This document shows positions 38,801 to 47,553 of a stretch of DNA of 53,663 nt, in pieces. Origin of the DNA: a virus (lineage: Duplodnaviria > Caudoviricetes); the IMG/VR virus record IMGVR_UViG_3300023178_000063, positions 1 to 53,663 of that record; one strand, written 5' to 3'. The translations under genes and the position numbers were made by a program. Every line of letters starts with the position of its first letter. Within the stretch, counting starts at the first letter, position 1. The notes under the pieces were generated by a model. It was not told the origin of the DNA, did no database searches, and worked only from the letters and a program-made list of their open reading frames with translations.

Positions 38801-41800
38801 CGCCATAACCACTAATATCAGAACCGTGGTCTTCAATGTCAATATATACAAATGCACCGCTATCGTCATAACCAGTAATCCTGTGGGTTTTACCTCTCCA
38901 TGTAAATATCATACCGCCTGTGTATCCGGCTTCACCGGGTTGTTTACCAGCATTATCTCTTGTAAGTCTTGTTACAGTAGTTGGATTAGTAATTTGTTTA
39001 ATTGCAAGTTTAGTATCACCTTGTGCGCCGCCATAGCCGCCGCCAAGATTTGCAGTATCAATTTCCATTTGAACAAAATTGTAACCAATTTCAAACGCAG
39101 TATTGATTTCTTCTGCTACTAAAGGTTGTCCAAAAGTATCTAAATTTTGGAAACTTAAACTACGATATGTGACATCGTCACTTTCGTCAAAGTTAATAGC
39201 AGTTGACGGGCGAGTTACAAGTTTACCTTGATCTCTAACGCCATCAAATTGGTGGCTAAAATTATGTCTATATTCTATTGTAGCACCATTAGGAACAGTA
39301 TCTCTTAAACTACCAAAAAAGTCTGTAGCACTAACATCGTCAGCACGTATTTCTAACTTATAAACTGTACCGTTGTATACATTTCCAACAGCAACTATAT
39401 CATCTACACTGTCACCTTCAGTACCATCATTATCTGTGTCTGATACGTTAGTTACATTAGAAATAACATAGTTTAGAACACCAACTGAGCCGCCATGATC
39501 AATTGTAATTTGACTGTTTACAGATGGAGGATACTCCATGTCAGTTACAAATAAAGAACTTTCATCAAATGCATTTGGTGTATCAACAGTTGTATATGCC
39601 TTTGCAGGAATAGTCATTGGATATTTCAGTGTAACCTGATCTGGAATTTCGTTAGGATCAGCACCTTCAGATACAAGTCCAAAGAAGCCGTAACCGTTAG
39701 AACCGTTTAGTGATCTAATCTCTGAACCGTTCTTCGCATAGTACGCTGCCTGACAGTAGTATGTAAACATAGATACCATCTCTGAGAACGCACCGTTGTT
39801 TGTAACAAGTCCATAACCTAAGTCGTTAATTTGTGTAAAGTCGTTACCGAGCATAGAACGGTTACCAGCAGTCTGTAAGAAAATGCTTCTGTAATATAAT
39901 CCATCTGGGAATTGACTTTCGTCATAGCCGTCACCGTCATTTGAATCAGCATCAAGGAATATTCTACACCAACCGTTTCCTGAGTCGTAGTCTGAAATAG
40001 CGTTAACCTGATAACGTCTACCTTCTACATAGAACGGACACGGTAGTTCTGGCGGACGAATAAACAAACCATTTCCTGGTGTTGATCTTACCCATAGCTC
40101 AAAATTATTAACTTTACCAGGACCGTTATAAGTGCCTGTGTTAATATTCTGCGGAACATAAACTGGAATGTTACCAGTAAACGCATCAACATACATACCG
40201 CCTCTAAAACGTTTTTTGTTATCACTCTTAGAGAAACTTGAACCAGTTTGGATATATGGTGATTTAGTTAGAATCTGTCCTGAAGGATCAAGAACAATCA
40301 TAAATCCGCCTTGTCCTTGAACTGTAACATTACGTAAAATAGTAGCATCTGACATCATAAACACGTCTACGCCATCATCATCGTTACGCTTTGGAGGATT
40401 ATATGCCGGATCAAAAGCAAAGTTTACAACATCAATCAATGCACTTGCTATTTGAACTGTTCCGGCTTCAGCTGAATCTTGTGATACGTCAGGTTCAGTA
40501 GAACCGTTTTGTGCAGGTGCTGTTCCTACAAGTAAATCACTTAATAAGGTTGAAATATGCTGAATAGCGGCTTTTGTAATATTTGCTTGTCCGTCAAATC
40601 CGCCTGTGTCATCAGTTTCGTCAACATTAAATTGACTAATGTAATTTGAAAAATACTCGCCTTGTGATTCTAATATAAACTCTTGTCCGCCAATAGTCAT
40701 ATCTTTTATTAAGGCGTCTACAATTAAACCAACATCTCTACGGCATTTTGCTACATTATATACAAAATTAATATTATCGTCAAGATAATCAATTCCTTCA
40801 GTTGCTAAATTATTAGTTTCAGTAATAATTTGATTAGCACCGTCTTCAATACTATCTGCTACCCATGCAATAGGAGCAGTAATTTCTGTAGATAGATTTC
40901 CAATTCCTTCGTCAGTTATAACTGTTTCAATTTCTGCTACTAATCCGTCAAGTAAGTTGCCTTCAACTGCTGTTGCATCTGTTCCAGTTGTGTCTTGTGT
41001 TTCAAAATTTCCTGTTGTTGGAGTAATTGCTGTACCTTCAACAACATCTTTAACTATATCCCCTAAATGATCGTATGCTGCCGCAGTTGCAACTGATTCG
41101 CCAACTCCGCCTTGATAAATTCCATCTTTATAGTAAGTTGTTGCTACATTAAGAGTGGCACTATTGCTACCATATAAAATATCATATGATAATGCATCTA
41201 CTATGTAACCAACATCACGTGAACATTTTGCAGAATCATAATCTAATAGTGGAAAGTTTTCTTCTATCCATGCAGTTATTTCTGCTTTGATAAACTCTTT
41301 ATTACTTTGTAATCTGTCATGTGCATCACTTGCATTTGGAGTTGGTAATGCTCCTGGTACAGGGAAGCTAAGTGCATCTTCTGTGTCGTTTTCAAGAATG
41401 TCAATAATTTCATCAAATGCTTGATTTGATCTTGTTGTTGCTGTAGTATCTGCTGATACCGCTGAAAGGCTTGCTACTTCAGTTTTAAGATGTGTTAGTG
41501 CATCTACTAAGTAACCTCTTGCAGACGATCTATGACGTAATATTCTTCCTGCTACAACAGCTCTGTAATTGGATCCTAAGGCAACGTCATATGCTACTGC
41601 ATCTACTGCAAATCGTAAATCTTGATTAAATGTAGTTCTATTATATAACAGTTCATTTTTGTTATTGTCAATATAATAGATTACTTCGTCTTGAATAAAT
41701 TCTTTATTAAGGCGCATTATCTCTGCGGCAATTAGGTAATTACCTGTATTAGTTACTGTTGCGCCAGTATTTTTAACTCTTTCATTGTCTGTTAGGTAGT

Positions 41801-44504
41801 GTCTACCAAAGTATCCTTGCAATTCACCGTTTTGATTATAGAATGGTGCACCGTCTTGAATTAGAGGTATTTCGTCAAACTCATTATCACGGAAGAAATA
41901 AGTATCTGCCCAAGGTGATTGCGAAACACGTCTCTTAGGACGAATAATTACTCGTCTAAATTCATCACCTTTTAATGATACATTGTTAGCAAGTTTAATT
42001 GGAAAATCTTCTTCGTAAATGCCTGACTCAACAAAGATTGTAACTTGCTTTTCTTTTACAAAATTACCATATTCTACAGTTTCGTTTTGAATAAAATCTT
42101 TACCATTAAGCTGTATTAATTCAAATGTGTCATTGTTACTTTCTGTTCCATCATTGTTAGTTATTTTAACAATTCTACCTTGTGCACCAGATATCTTACC
42201 AACCATAATTTTACCAGGTAATGTATCTGTGTTGTCTGGATCGCCTTGATCTACAAATGTTCTTGCACCATTGTCTAATACAACTTTATAGTTTGATCCA
42301 TATACAATATCTTCGCCAGCATCAATACCGTTTTCCATAATGTTAAGGATAAGATCAAATTTGCCGCCGTTTCCTGTAATTGATAATCTTGCTGTGTCGC
42401 TTGCATTAGGATCGTCAAATACTTGCGGTACCTTAATACTATCAAAATCTTCTACTCTATCTTGGAACACTTGACCAATTACGCCACCTGTTGTATATGG
42501 AGTATAAGTGCTAATATCCCATAGTTCAAGTAAATTTGGATCTTTGTAAAGTTCAAATACTTTCCCATCAAGTGCTACATCACTTTGTGGAATATTTTTA
42601 ATGTAAGCAGTCTGTCCTTCAATTTCAACCATACCGCCCATATTTTTAAATACAACATGATCTCCGTCATCAAGACCGTGATCAGTAACAGTTTGTACTC
42701 TTGCACGTTCATTAGTAGCGCCACTGAGTGTAACAAAACTAACATCCTTTTCGAGATAAACTTTATTTTGTAGTACAGAATTAACAAGTTGTTTTAATTG
42801 TTCTATTGAACCTAACGTCTCAGTTTTTTGCTGTGTAATAGCAATTCTGCCACTTGTACTTGAGTAATATCTTTCAGCTGCCTCTCTTGACAAGAAGTTT
42901 GCTGTTAGTCCTCTTTGGATATCAAATGATAGTGCATCAAGAATTAACCCAGTGTCTCTTTCACAAGTGTCAATATTGTAAACAAATTCTGGGAATGTAT
43001 ATTTGATCCAACCTGAAATTTCTTTAATTAAGTAATCTCTGTTTAATTGAATTAATGCCGCAGTTTGAATGCCATCTGTATATGGTGAAACAATACCTAC
43101 ATTTGTAACTTCTGCTGGGCTATCACCGTTTTCTTTTGTTACAGTTTGAAAATACGGACCTGGCTCCGGTGCTGATGTTTGAATAATTTCTTCTGCACGT
43201 CTTGCTGCCGCATTAATAGTTCTAAAGGCATAATTTAATGATGAGCCTTCTTTGCCTGGAGGAACACCAATCATTCTATCATCGCCGTCAGTACTTACAT
43301 AAAGATTGGATATTGATGCATATCCCGAATTATCAACATAAAATTTAGTAGCGGCTTGTAAGTCGTCGTCGCCATTTGGAGTACCAAACCCTTCAAGCTC
43401 TCCTGGATGATCTGCTAAGGTTAGCTTGCCTTCCATTGTGTCACCTTGTCTACGTACAATAGAATTCCTTGGCATTGCAACATCTGCTAAGAAGTTTCCT
43501 GATAGTCTTTCGTCTACACCTGTGTCAACCATCTGATGTGTATCATCATCTGCTATAGCACCACTAACAAATATTTTTGCTGTTTCTGCCGCAGTATCAC
43601 TTACAATAGAAGCTTCATCTCTTGTGTAAAAAACTGATAGTAAATTTTCACTTACAAATCGTAGGAAATAAACAGGCTGAACTAATCCTGTATCAGCAGT
43701 TGTTCCGGTTGCTGTAAATACTTCACCAACAGTACCAAATTTAGCACCAATTGATAACCAATCAACATTACCAACTGTTTTAATTTTATAGGTATTGCCA
43801 GTTTGTATTAGCGAAGCAACAACTTCTGATTCTAAATTAATTGGATCGTTGTATACACTATCAAAAACAAATTTTAATCCGTTGATACTTGTATCATATC
43901 CATGATTAACAACTTCAAGATTACCGTTTATATAACGTGAGATGTTTAATTTGTATGCATCTTGCGTTAGTGGCTCAGGACTAACACGAATTGGCAAGCC
44001 TGAACTAATATAACGTCTATCACTGTAACCTTTAGTAACTACAAGATCATCAATATTAATATTTGTGTTGTGTATGTTGTTAAATTGTTCCGCCGCTTGA
44101 TCGGATATTGCAACATTAGCAATAGCGTTACCAGCACCATTTAATGGAGCACCTAATGCTGGCCTAATGTCGTCTGCTAATTGTGTAAATGCTGTAGAAA
44201 TTACAAGTTTGCCGCCTGAACTATAATTAAATGTAATTGTGTCTGCGGCTTGCGAATCTAATGCACTGTTAGATGCTAATTCAACTAATTGTATTTCGCT
44301 TCCTGCATCGTTTACTAACGGAATAGTATTTGGAAGTAATGTGTCTGGAGTATCACTTAATGCTGTAAACGAAATAGTACCACTTTGGCCAAAAATAGCA
44401 TATATTTCTTGGAAATTTTCGTTTACTTTGCGGAATGATTCTCTAATACTATCGCCGGTGCCGTCATTACCCTCAACACCAATATTAATGTCTTGTCTTG
44501 CCAT
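35838..44504 (-). CDS. Giant (2888 aa) tail fibre/spike protein
   Basis: gp9/10-like N-terminus NDGTGDSIRESFRKVNENF; ATK.YVD fibre motifs; beta-helix-like segment; C-terminal ADLAEKY...PGTVV...AGVISTNPAYLMN...GRVPCKV chaperone-like domain. Confidence 0.82.
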   Translation of the reverse strand: MARQDINIGVEGNDGTGDSIRESFRKVNENFQEIYAIFGQSGTISFTALSDTPDTLLPNTIPLVNDAGSEIQLVELASNSALDSQAADTITFNYSSGGKLVISTAFTQLADDIRPALGAPLNGAGNAIANVAISDQAAEQFNNIHNTNINIDDLVVTKGYSDRRYISSGLPIRVSPEPLTQDAYKLNISRYINGNLEVVNHGYDTSINGLKFVFDSVYNDPINLESEVVASLIQTGNTYKIKTVGNVDWLSIGAKFGTVGEVFTATGTTADTGLVQPVYFLRFVSENLLSVFYTRDEASIVSDTAAETAKIFVSGAIADDDTHQMVDTGVDERLSGNFLADVAMPRNSIVRRQGDTMEGKLTLADHPGELEGFGTPNGDDDLQAATKFYVDNSGYASISNLYVSTDGDDRMIGVPPGKEGSSLNYAFRTINAAARRAEEIIQTSAPEPGPYFQTVTKENGDSPAEVTNVGIVSPYTDGIQTAALIQLNRDYLIKEISGWIKYTFPEFVYNIDTCERDTGLILDALSFDIQRGLTANFLSREAAERYYSSTSGRIAITQQKTETLGSIEQLKQLVNSVLQNKVYLEKDVSFVTLSGATNERARVQTVTDHGLDDGDHVVFKNMGGMVEIEGQTAYIKNIPQSDVALDGKVFELYKDPNLLELWDISTYTPYTTGGVIGQVFQDRVEDFDSIKVPQVFDDPNASDTARLSITGNGGKFDLILNIMENGIDAGEDIVYGSNYKVVLDNGARTFVDQGDPDNTDTLPGKIMVGKISGAQGRIVKITNNDGTESNNDTFELIQLNGKDFIQNETVEYGNFVKEKQVTIFVESGIYEEDFPIKLANNVSLKGDEFRRVIIRPKRRVSQSPWADTYFFRDNEFDEIPLIQDGAPFYNQNGELQGYFGRHYLTDNERVKNTGATVTNTGNYLIAAEIMRLNKEFIQDEVIYYIDNNKNELLYNRTTFNQDLRFAVDAVAYDVALGSNYRAVVAGRILRHRSSARGYLVDALTHLKTEVASLSAVSADTTATTRSNQAFDEIIDILENDTEDALSFPVPGALPTPNASDAHDRLQSNKEFIKAEITAWIEENFPLLDYDSAKCSRDVGYIVDALSYDILYGSNSATLNVATTYYKDGIYQGGVGESVATAAAYDHLGDIVKDVVEGTAITPTTGNFETQDTTGTDATAVEGNLLDGLVAEIETVITDEGIGNLSTEITAPIAWVADSIEDGANQIITETNNLATEGIDYLDDNINFVYNVAKCRRDVGLIVDALIKDMTIGGQEFILESQGEYFSNYISQFNVDETDDTGGFDGQANITKAAIQHISTLLSDLLVGTAPAQNGSTEPDVSQDSAEAGTVQIASALIDVVNFAFDPAYNPPKRNDDDGVDVFMMSDATILRNVTVQGQGGFMIVLDPSGQILTKSPYIQTGSSFSKSDNKKRFRGGMYVDAFTGNIPVYVPQNINTGTYNGPGKVNNFELWVRSTPGNGLFIRPPELPCPFYVEGRRYQVNAISDYDSGNGWCRIFLDADSNDGDGYDESQFPDGLYYRSIFLQTAGNRSMLGNDFTQINDLGYGLVTNNGAFSEMVSMFTYYCQAAYYAKNGSEIRSLNGSNGYGFFGLVSEGADPNEIPDQVTLKYPMTIPAKAYTTVDTPNAFDESSLFVTDMEYPPSVNSQITIDHGGSVGVLNYVISNVTNVSDTDNDGTEGDSVDDIVAVGNVYNGTVYKLEIRADDVSATDFFGSLRDTVPNGATIEYRHNFSHQFDGVRDQGKLVTRPSTAINFDESDDVTYRSLSFQNLDTFGQPLVAEEINTAFEIGYNFVQMEIDTANLGGGYGGAQGDTKLAIKQITNPTTVTRLTRDNAGKQPGEAGYTGGMIFTWRGKTHRITGYDDSGAFVYIDIEDHGSDISGYGGTGLAVAVNPSDRVFFAGLDQGATAEITVAISLCRATGHDFTQIGTGGFNDSNYPNVLLGDAENDLADSYSDAPTATSAQVWERRKGRVFWMSTDQYGFFRVGKFFSVDQATGDIEFAGEIGITNANSLGFKRGVTINEFSADDSMSDNSGQAVPTEKSVVGYINRVLGYNVGAGSQIDPAPTGNRIGTGFLPLNGGSAMEGDIDMGQNQITNLALPGSDGQAATNKNYVDSKAQAFDQLENLRNIEFNNISENDVLVATGKKRVIVEPVQGGSWNIGDTIGISGGTKTGEIVDLEVFTDSILGSSVIVTYTPISGVFQIGETLFDQPGESIFATIVDGVIDEVANASKDPASDIDIIVSRGAGSTLINLQYESDSIRDGDVNSGANIRQSKLLMDKSTTFDEDDPSTGWAKPNKLQSDLGVATFSDENFDALAGFIRIKENGIAFAEMNDVDQYQVFGRQTTGTGDPEAVDYSDVVKYGQGLEDRDFNDREWTEASTTELIFATPVSANNGDALQQGGASGIVQGDTYLETSIYVKNVSGIFGTSADVINTTADNANLGTPTSAPTDTTVGSALIKTKDGIYATTEISIATGANTIARRDPDGYLNCAGLKVAGFDTIEANSSTSTVTVSSPGGATIFTATGNSSANLQTKFPGHIVLGGITNNATNDAFVESEAKTDSSFNIGSYVASSWMYTNFIEAASESGETANSTTGIGLGNGSQYEGHAANTIQLIASGEPRLSVSNTAIKMTENVEIDTASLTVEGNLDINRSNSVFRIRNGSDTVNRFLVDTDNGNTTINGTLQVNGNVTLGNAASDTVDFNADIASNIIPDATGTRNIGSTGSRWDVMYANTFNGVATEAKYADLAEKYIADMPYDPGTVVVFGGEAEVTLTSQKGDHRVAGVISTNPAYLMNSELDEVNTVAVALTGRVPCKVIGKVEKGDMLVTSAIPGYAMVDNNPGVGRIIGKALESKDDGDKGTIEIVVGRT

Positions 44505-44536
44505 TTATGTACGCTCCACTATGGTTTTTGTGCTTA

Positions 44537-44584
44537 ACATACTTATTTATCGTATCATTTTATAATCTTAATGTAAATAGTTAT
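44537..44584. promoter_or_regulatory. Divergent late-type promoter pair
   Basis: ATAAATA on minus (44544-44550); GTAAATA on plus (44573-44579) 5 nt before ATG 44585. Confidence 0.7.
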
Positions 44585-44872
44585 ATGTTCATTCGAGAAT
44601 ACACATTAAAAAAGATATACGAACGTCTTAGTAAATTAGGTAAACTGCACAAGTATTACCGTGATGTTACTATGATTGTATTACGATGTGATAATTGTGA
44701 TGTTGAATTTGAAAGATCACGGGGTAGTATGGATCCTAAACGTCTAAACAATAACTATTTTCATGTGTGCAAAAATTGTGATGCAAAGGTATTTGCACAA
44801 AAAAAAGGAGTAGAACGCAAACAAGTATGGAATTTGTCTGCAAGTTCTGACATCCCTATTAGTAAACTTTAG
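44585..44872 (+). CDS. Small CxxC...CxxC zinc-ribbon protein; start re-assigned to 44585
   Basis: MFIREY...RCDNC...VCKNC. Confidence 0.72.
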   Translation: MFIREYTLKKIYERLSKLGKLHKYYRDVTMIVLRCDNCDVEFERSRGSMDPKRLNNNYFHVCKNCDAKVFAQKKGVERKQVWNLSASSDIPISKL

Positions 44873-45219
44873 ATTTGTAAATTATCTGCAAAATTAACAC
44901 TAACTCCGCAGCCGCATGAACTTTGTGCGTTTGGATTTTGTATTTCAAACATAGACCCAAGAATATCTTTTTTGTAATTGATAGTTGATCCTATCATAAA
45001 CATAATACTATGAGGGCCTATAACAAAACTATTTCCTTCTGGGGTAGGAATAATTTCGCTTCCTTCTTCAATATTGTCAGGATTGCTAATCGTGCTCCAG
45101 TCATATTCAAACCCAGCACAACCGCCGCCCTTCATATTCAACGCAACACCGATAACATTATTTTCTTTACAAATATTATCGATTTGAGACGTAGCAGTCT
45201 CAGTTAAGGTAACAACCAT
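44869..45219 (-). CDS. iscA: A-type Fe-S cluster carrier (IscA/SufA/HesB)
   Basis: LTETA, GGGCAGFEY, NPNAQSSCGCGVS. Confidence 0.9.
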   Translation of the reverse strand: MVVTLTETATSQIDNICKENNVIGVALNMKGGGCAGFEYDWSTISNPDNIEEGSEIIPTPEGNSFVIGPHSIMFMIGSTINYKKDILGSMFEIQNPNAQSSCGCGVSVNFADNLQI

Positions 45220-45387
45220 TTAGTCTTCTTTTTTCCAAATAGTCCAAGCACCGTATGCAATAGCCGCATATGCCGCAATGGCTGCAATTGGTTTAAAAAT
45301 TAAAAATGCAATGCCTGCTCCAATAAGAATAGCACCGTCTAAAGTTGTACGCTCGCTTAAACGAGCATTAATCCACTTACGTATCAT
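45220..45387 (-). CDS. Small membrane protein, 55 aa (below ORF-track cutoff)
   Basis: MIRKWINARLSERTTLDGAILIGAGIAFLIFKPIAAIAAYAAIAYGAWTIWKKED; AAGGAG SD. Confidence 0.75.
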   Translation of the reverse strand: MIRKWINARLSERTTLDGAILIGAGIAFLIFKPIAAIAAYAAIAYGAWTIWKKED

Positions 45388-45407
45388 AATCGTCTCCTTT
45401 GTTAGTT

Positions 45408-45426
45408 TATTTATTTAAATACATTT
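45408..45426. promoter_or_regulatory. Back-to-back late-type promoter boxes
   Basis: ATAAATA on minus (45408-45414); TAAATA on plus (45416-45421) 5 nt before ATG 45427. Confidence 0.68.
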
Positions 45427-46017
45427 ATGCAAGAAAATAATCTTAAATCGTATCCAATATTTGTATCAAATTTACTTGGTTCTACATTTAGCAATCACCA
45501 AGAGCTCAAACAGTCTATGGTAGAGTTAGTTCATAACGCTAAAGAGCATGACTATACCAATCGAAAAGGGTTTATTACAACAAGTGATTTACAACACCAC
45601 CCAGTTTTTGAACCTTTAATACAAACAATTACAAACCTAAGCAACGAGATTAAAAAATCTTGGGAGTTAGATGAAAGTATTAAATTAGGAATACAGCAAA
45701 TGTACGGTGCAGTAGCAGAACCAGGCGGCACAACAATTTCACATGAAGTTCCTTATACATTTTTACATGGAATGTATTTTTTAAATACACCGCCAGATGC
45801 AGGAAATTTGATTATCACACACCCCGCCGATAGGGTAGACTTTTATGCTAATCTCAAATTCAAAACGCCAAATTTAGATAACACTTTTAGATTTGAAACA
45901 CCTATGCCTGAAGGAGATATTATTTTTCTCCCAGGCTATTTAAAAAATCATACATCTTTTAACGACAGCAACGAAAACAGAATAGTCATTAATTTTAGTA
46001 TCAAGGCGTTAAAATGA
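45427..46017 (+). CDS. 2OG-Fe(II) oxygenase-like protein (possibly degenerate metal site)
   Basis: SHEVPYTFLHGMYFL...G.L...EGDIIFLPGYLKNH...RIVINF pattern of phage DSBH oxygenases. Confidence 0.65.
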   Translation: MQENNLKSYPIFVSNLLGSTFSNHQELKQSMVELVHNAKEHDYTNRKGFITTSDLQHHPVFEPLIQTITNLSNEIKKSWELDESIKLGIQQMYGAVAEPGGTTISHEVPYTFLHGMYFLNTPPDAGNLIITHPADRVDFYANLKFKTPNLDNTFRFETPMPEGDIIFLPGYLKNHTSFNDSNENRIVINFSIKALK

Positions 46018-46361
46018 TATTAGAAAAAGTTACAAGTATATACATTGAAGATTTGGATATTAAAGAAGATCTATCTAAATTACTTTCTCCATATTTTAAT
46101 ATTATAGACACAAAAGAAGACAGTCATTTTTTAGTTACTAAAACATTTGATAATCAATATCAAGGGATTCAACTTGTATTAGACGAATCAAATGTGTTTA
46201 AAGAATCAAGTCATAACACAATTTTTGTACAGCCGTTTTTAAACGGTAAAGAAGGACAAGTAGAAGATATTCCTTTATCTATTAGAAACTTTATATGGAA
46301 TATATCAAATGTATTAGATTACCCAATTAAGACTGATAAAAGAATTTTAGTACTTTGTTAA
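46014..46361 (+). CDS. Hypothetical protein
   Basis: 115-aa ORF, ATGA overlap with upstream gene. Confidence 0.6.
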   Translation: MILEKVTSIYIEDLDIKEDLSKLLSPYFNIIDTKEDSHFLVTKTFDNQYQGIQLVLDESNVFKESSHNTIFVQPFLNGKEGQVEDIPLSIRNFIWNISNVLDYPIKTDKRILVLC

Positions 46362-47553
46362 CAAGAACACTACACATGTAGTTTTGATTTAGTTTTTGAT
46401 ATGTTTCTCTGTTGTGTTCAAGTATAGGCAACAATTCTAAATAGGTATTATAATGCCAAGAGTAATTTTTATTTGCTAAAAAATCAATTTGTTTCTTTAT
46501 TTCAGCCATACGTTCATGGTGATCTTCAATACTATCGTAGCTTTCATCAATTACAGATTCAAATGTAATAAACCCAAGCTCCCTTAGAGATTTTAATGTA
46601 TGTGGTAGTCCTACAACAATAAATGGATGATAGTAAAATAATGCCTTTAATACTTTTTCAGTAAATCCTAAATACTCATTGCTGTAAAAGTCTCTTTCTC
46701 CAATAATGCTCCAATAGGTTTTTTGAAACATCTCCGATGGATTAGGCATATGTTGCTGAAAGTTAAGATCTGTATTATCCTCCATGTCAATTTTTAATGG
46801 TAGTGATTTTTCTAACCTTTGTAAACTTTCTTTTGACAAAGTTTTATACAACATATTATCATCAAAAATATTATTAGTCTTGTAAAAATCTTTAACACTA
46901 TCTTCAACTTCGCTTGGAGATGATTGCAGTATCTCAAATTCATATTTGTTACAACTTGCTAAAGTATGATTGATATATCCGTTTTCTAATAAATGATCAA
47001 TAATTTGAAAACGATGATATCGAGCTTGCCTATTTAAAGTTAAAAAGATTTTAGGTCTTGGATAAAGATAAGGTTCAGTTTGATCATTCTGCACATCAAT
47101 GTTATCAAAGTTTTTATATGTAAGATGAAAGTTAAAATAATATGTTTGTTTGCCTTTTAATGCTTGATTACTCGAGTATATCAAATATTGAATATTATTT
47201 TCTTCAGCCCACTCTGAAATTTCATCAGACTGTTTTTGTGTTAGTAACCCTTCATACGTATCATCTACAATTACAAAAGTATCCTTAGACGCAATACTTT
47301 TTACAGTATCAAACTTTTTAAAATTGTTACCTATAAATTCAAAAAATAACACATATCGATCAGCATCGTAAGAAGTATCTTGATAAAAATTAACAACTTT
47401 TTTTAGGTCAGTATATTTTATAGAGTCTAACAATCTATTAGTTGGTGTTATACTTCTATAAGGTACCTCGAGAGAAGTTCTGGATGTATTCCTTGTTCGG
47501 GTAGGTAAATCCGTCAATCCTCGATAGATATTTTTGTATTTCTTGTCTGTCAT
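46327..47553 (-). CDS. Glycosyltransferase-like protein (tentative)
   Basis: FLTLNRQARYHR...E...FTEKVLKAL...PFIVVG...LRELGF.TF..IDESYD motif reminiscent of GT-B/GT10-like SEK/TEK region. Confidence 0.55.
   Translation of the reverse strand: MTDKKYKNIYRGLTDLPTRTRNTSRTSLEVPYRSITPTNRLLDSIKYTDLKKVVNFYQDTSYDADRYVLFFEFIGNNFKKFDTVKSIASKDTFVIVDDTYEGLLTQKQSDEISEWAEENNIQYLIYSSNQALKGKQTYYFNFHLTYKNFDNIDVQNDQTEPYLYPRPKIFLTLNRQARYHRFQIIDHLLENGYINHTLASCNKYEFEILQSSPSEVEDSVKDFYKTNNIFDDNMLYKTLSKESLQRLEKSLPLKIDMEDNTDLNFQQHMPNPSEMFQKTYWSIIGERDFYSNEYLGFTEKVLKALFYYHPFIVVGLPHTLKSLRELGFITFESVIDESYDSIEDHHERMAEIKKQIDFLANKNYSWHYNTYLELLPILEHNRETYQKLNQNYMCSVLVNKVLKFFYQS

Noticed and set aside
44505-44540. 11-codon in-frame uORF ending right before the giant fibre ATG (and ATG-TAA at 21367 in the twin element)
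   Set aside because: The ATG is only 3 nt from the promoter box, so it is probably not in the transcript; the main gene has its own GGAG SD
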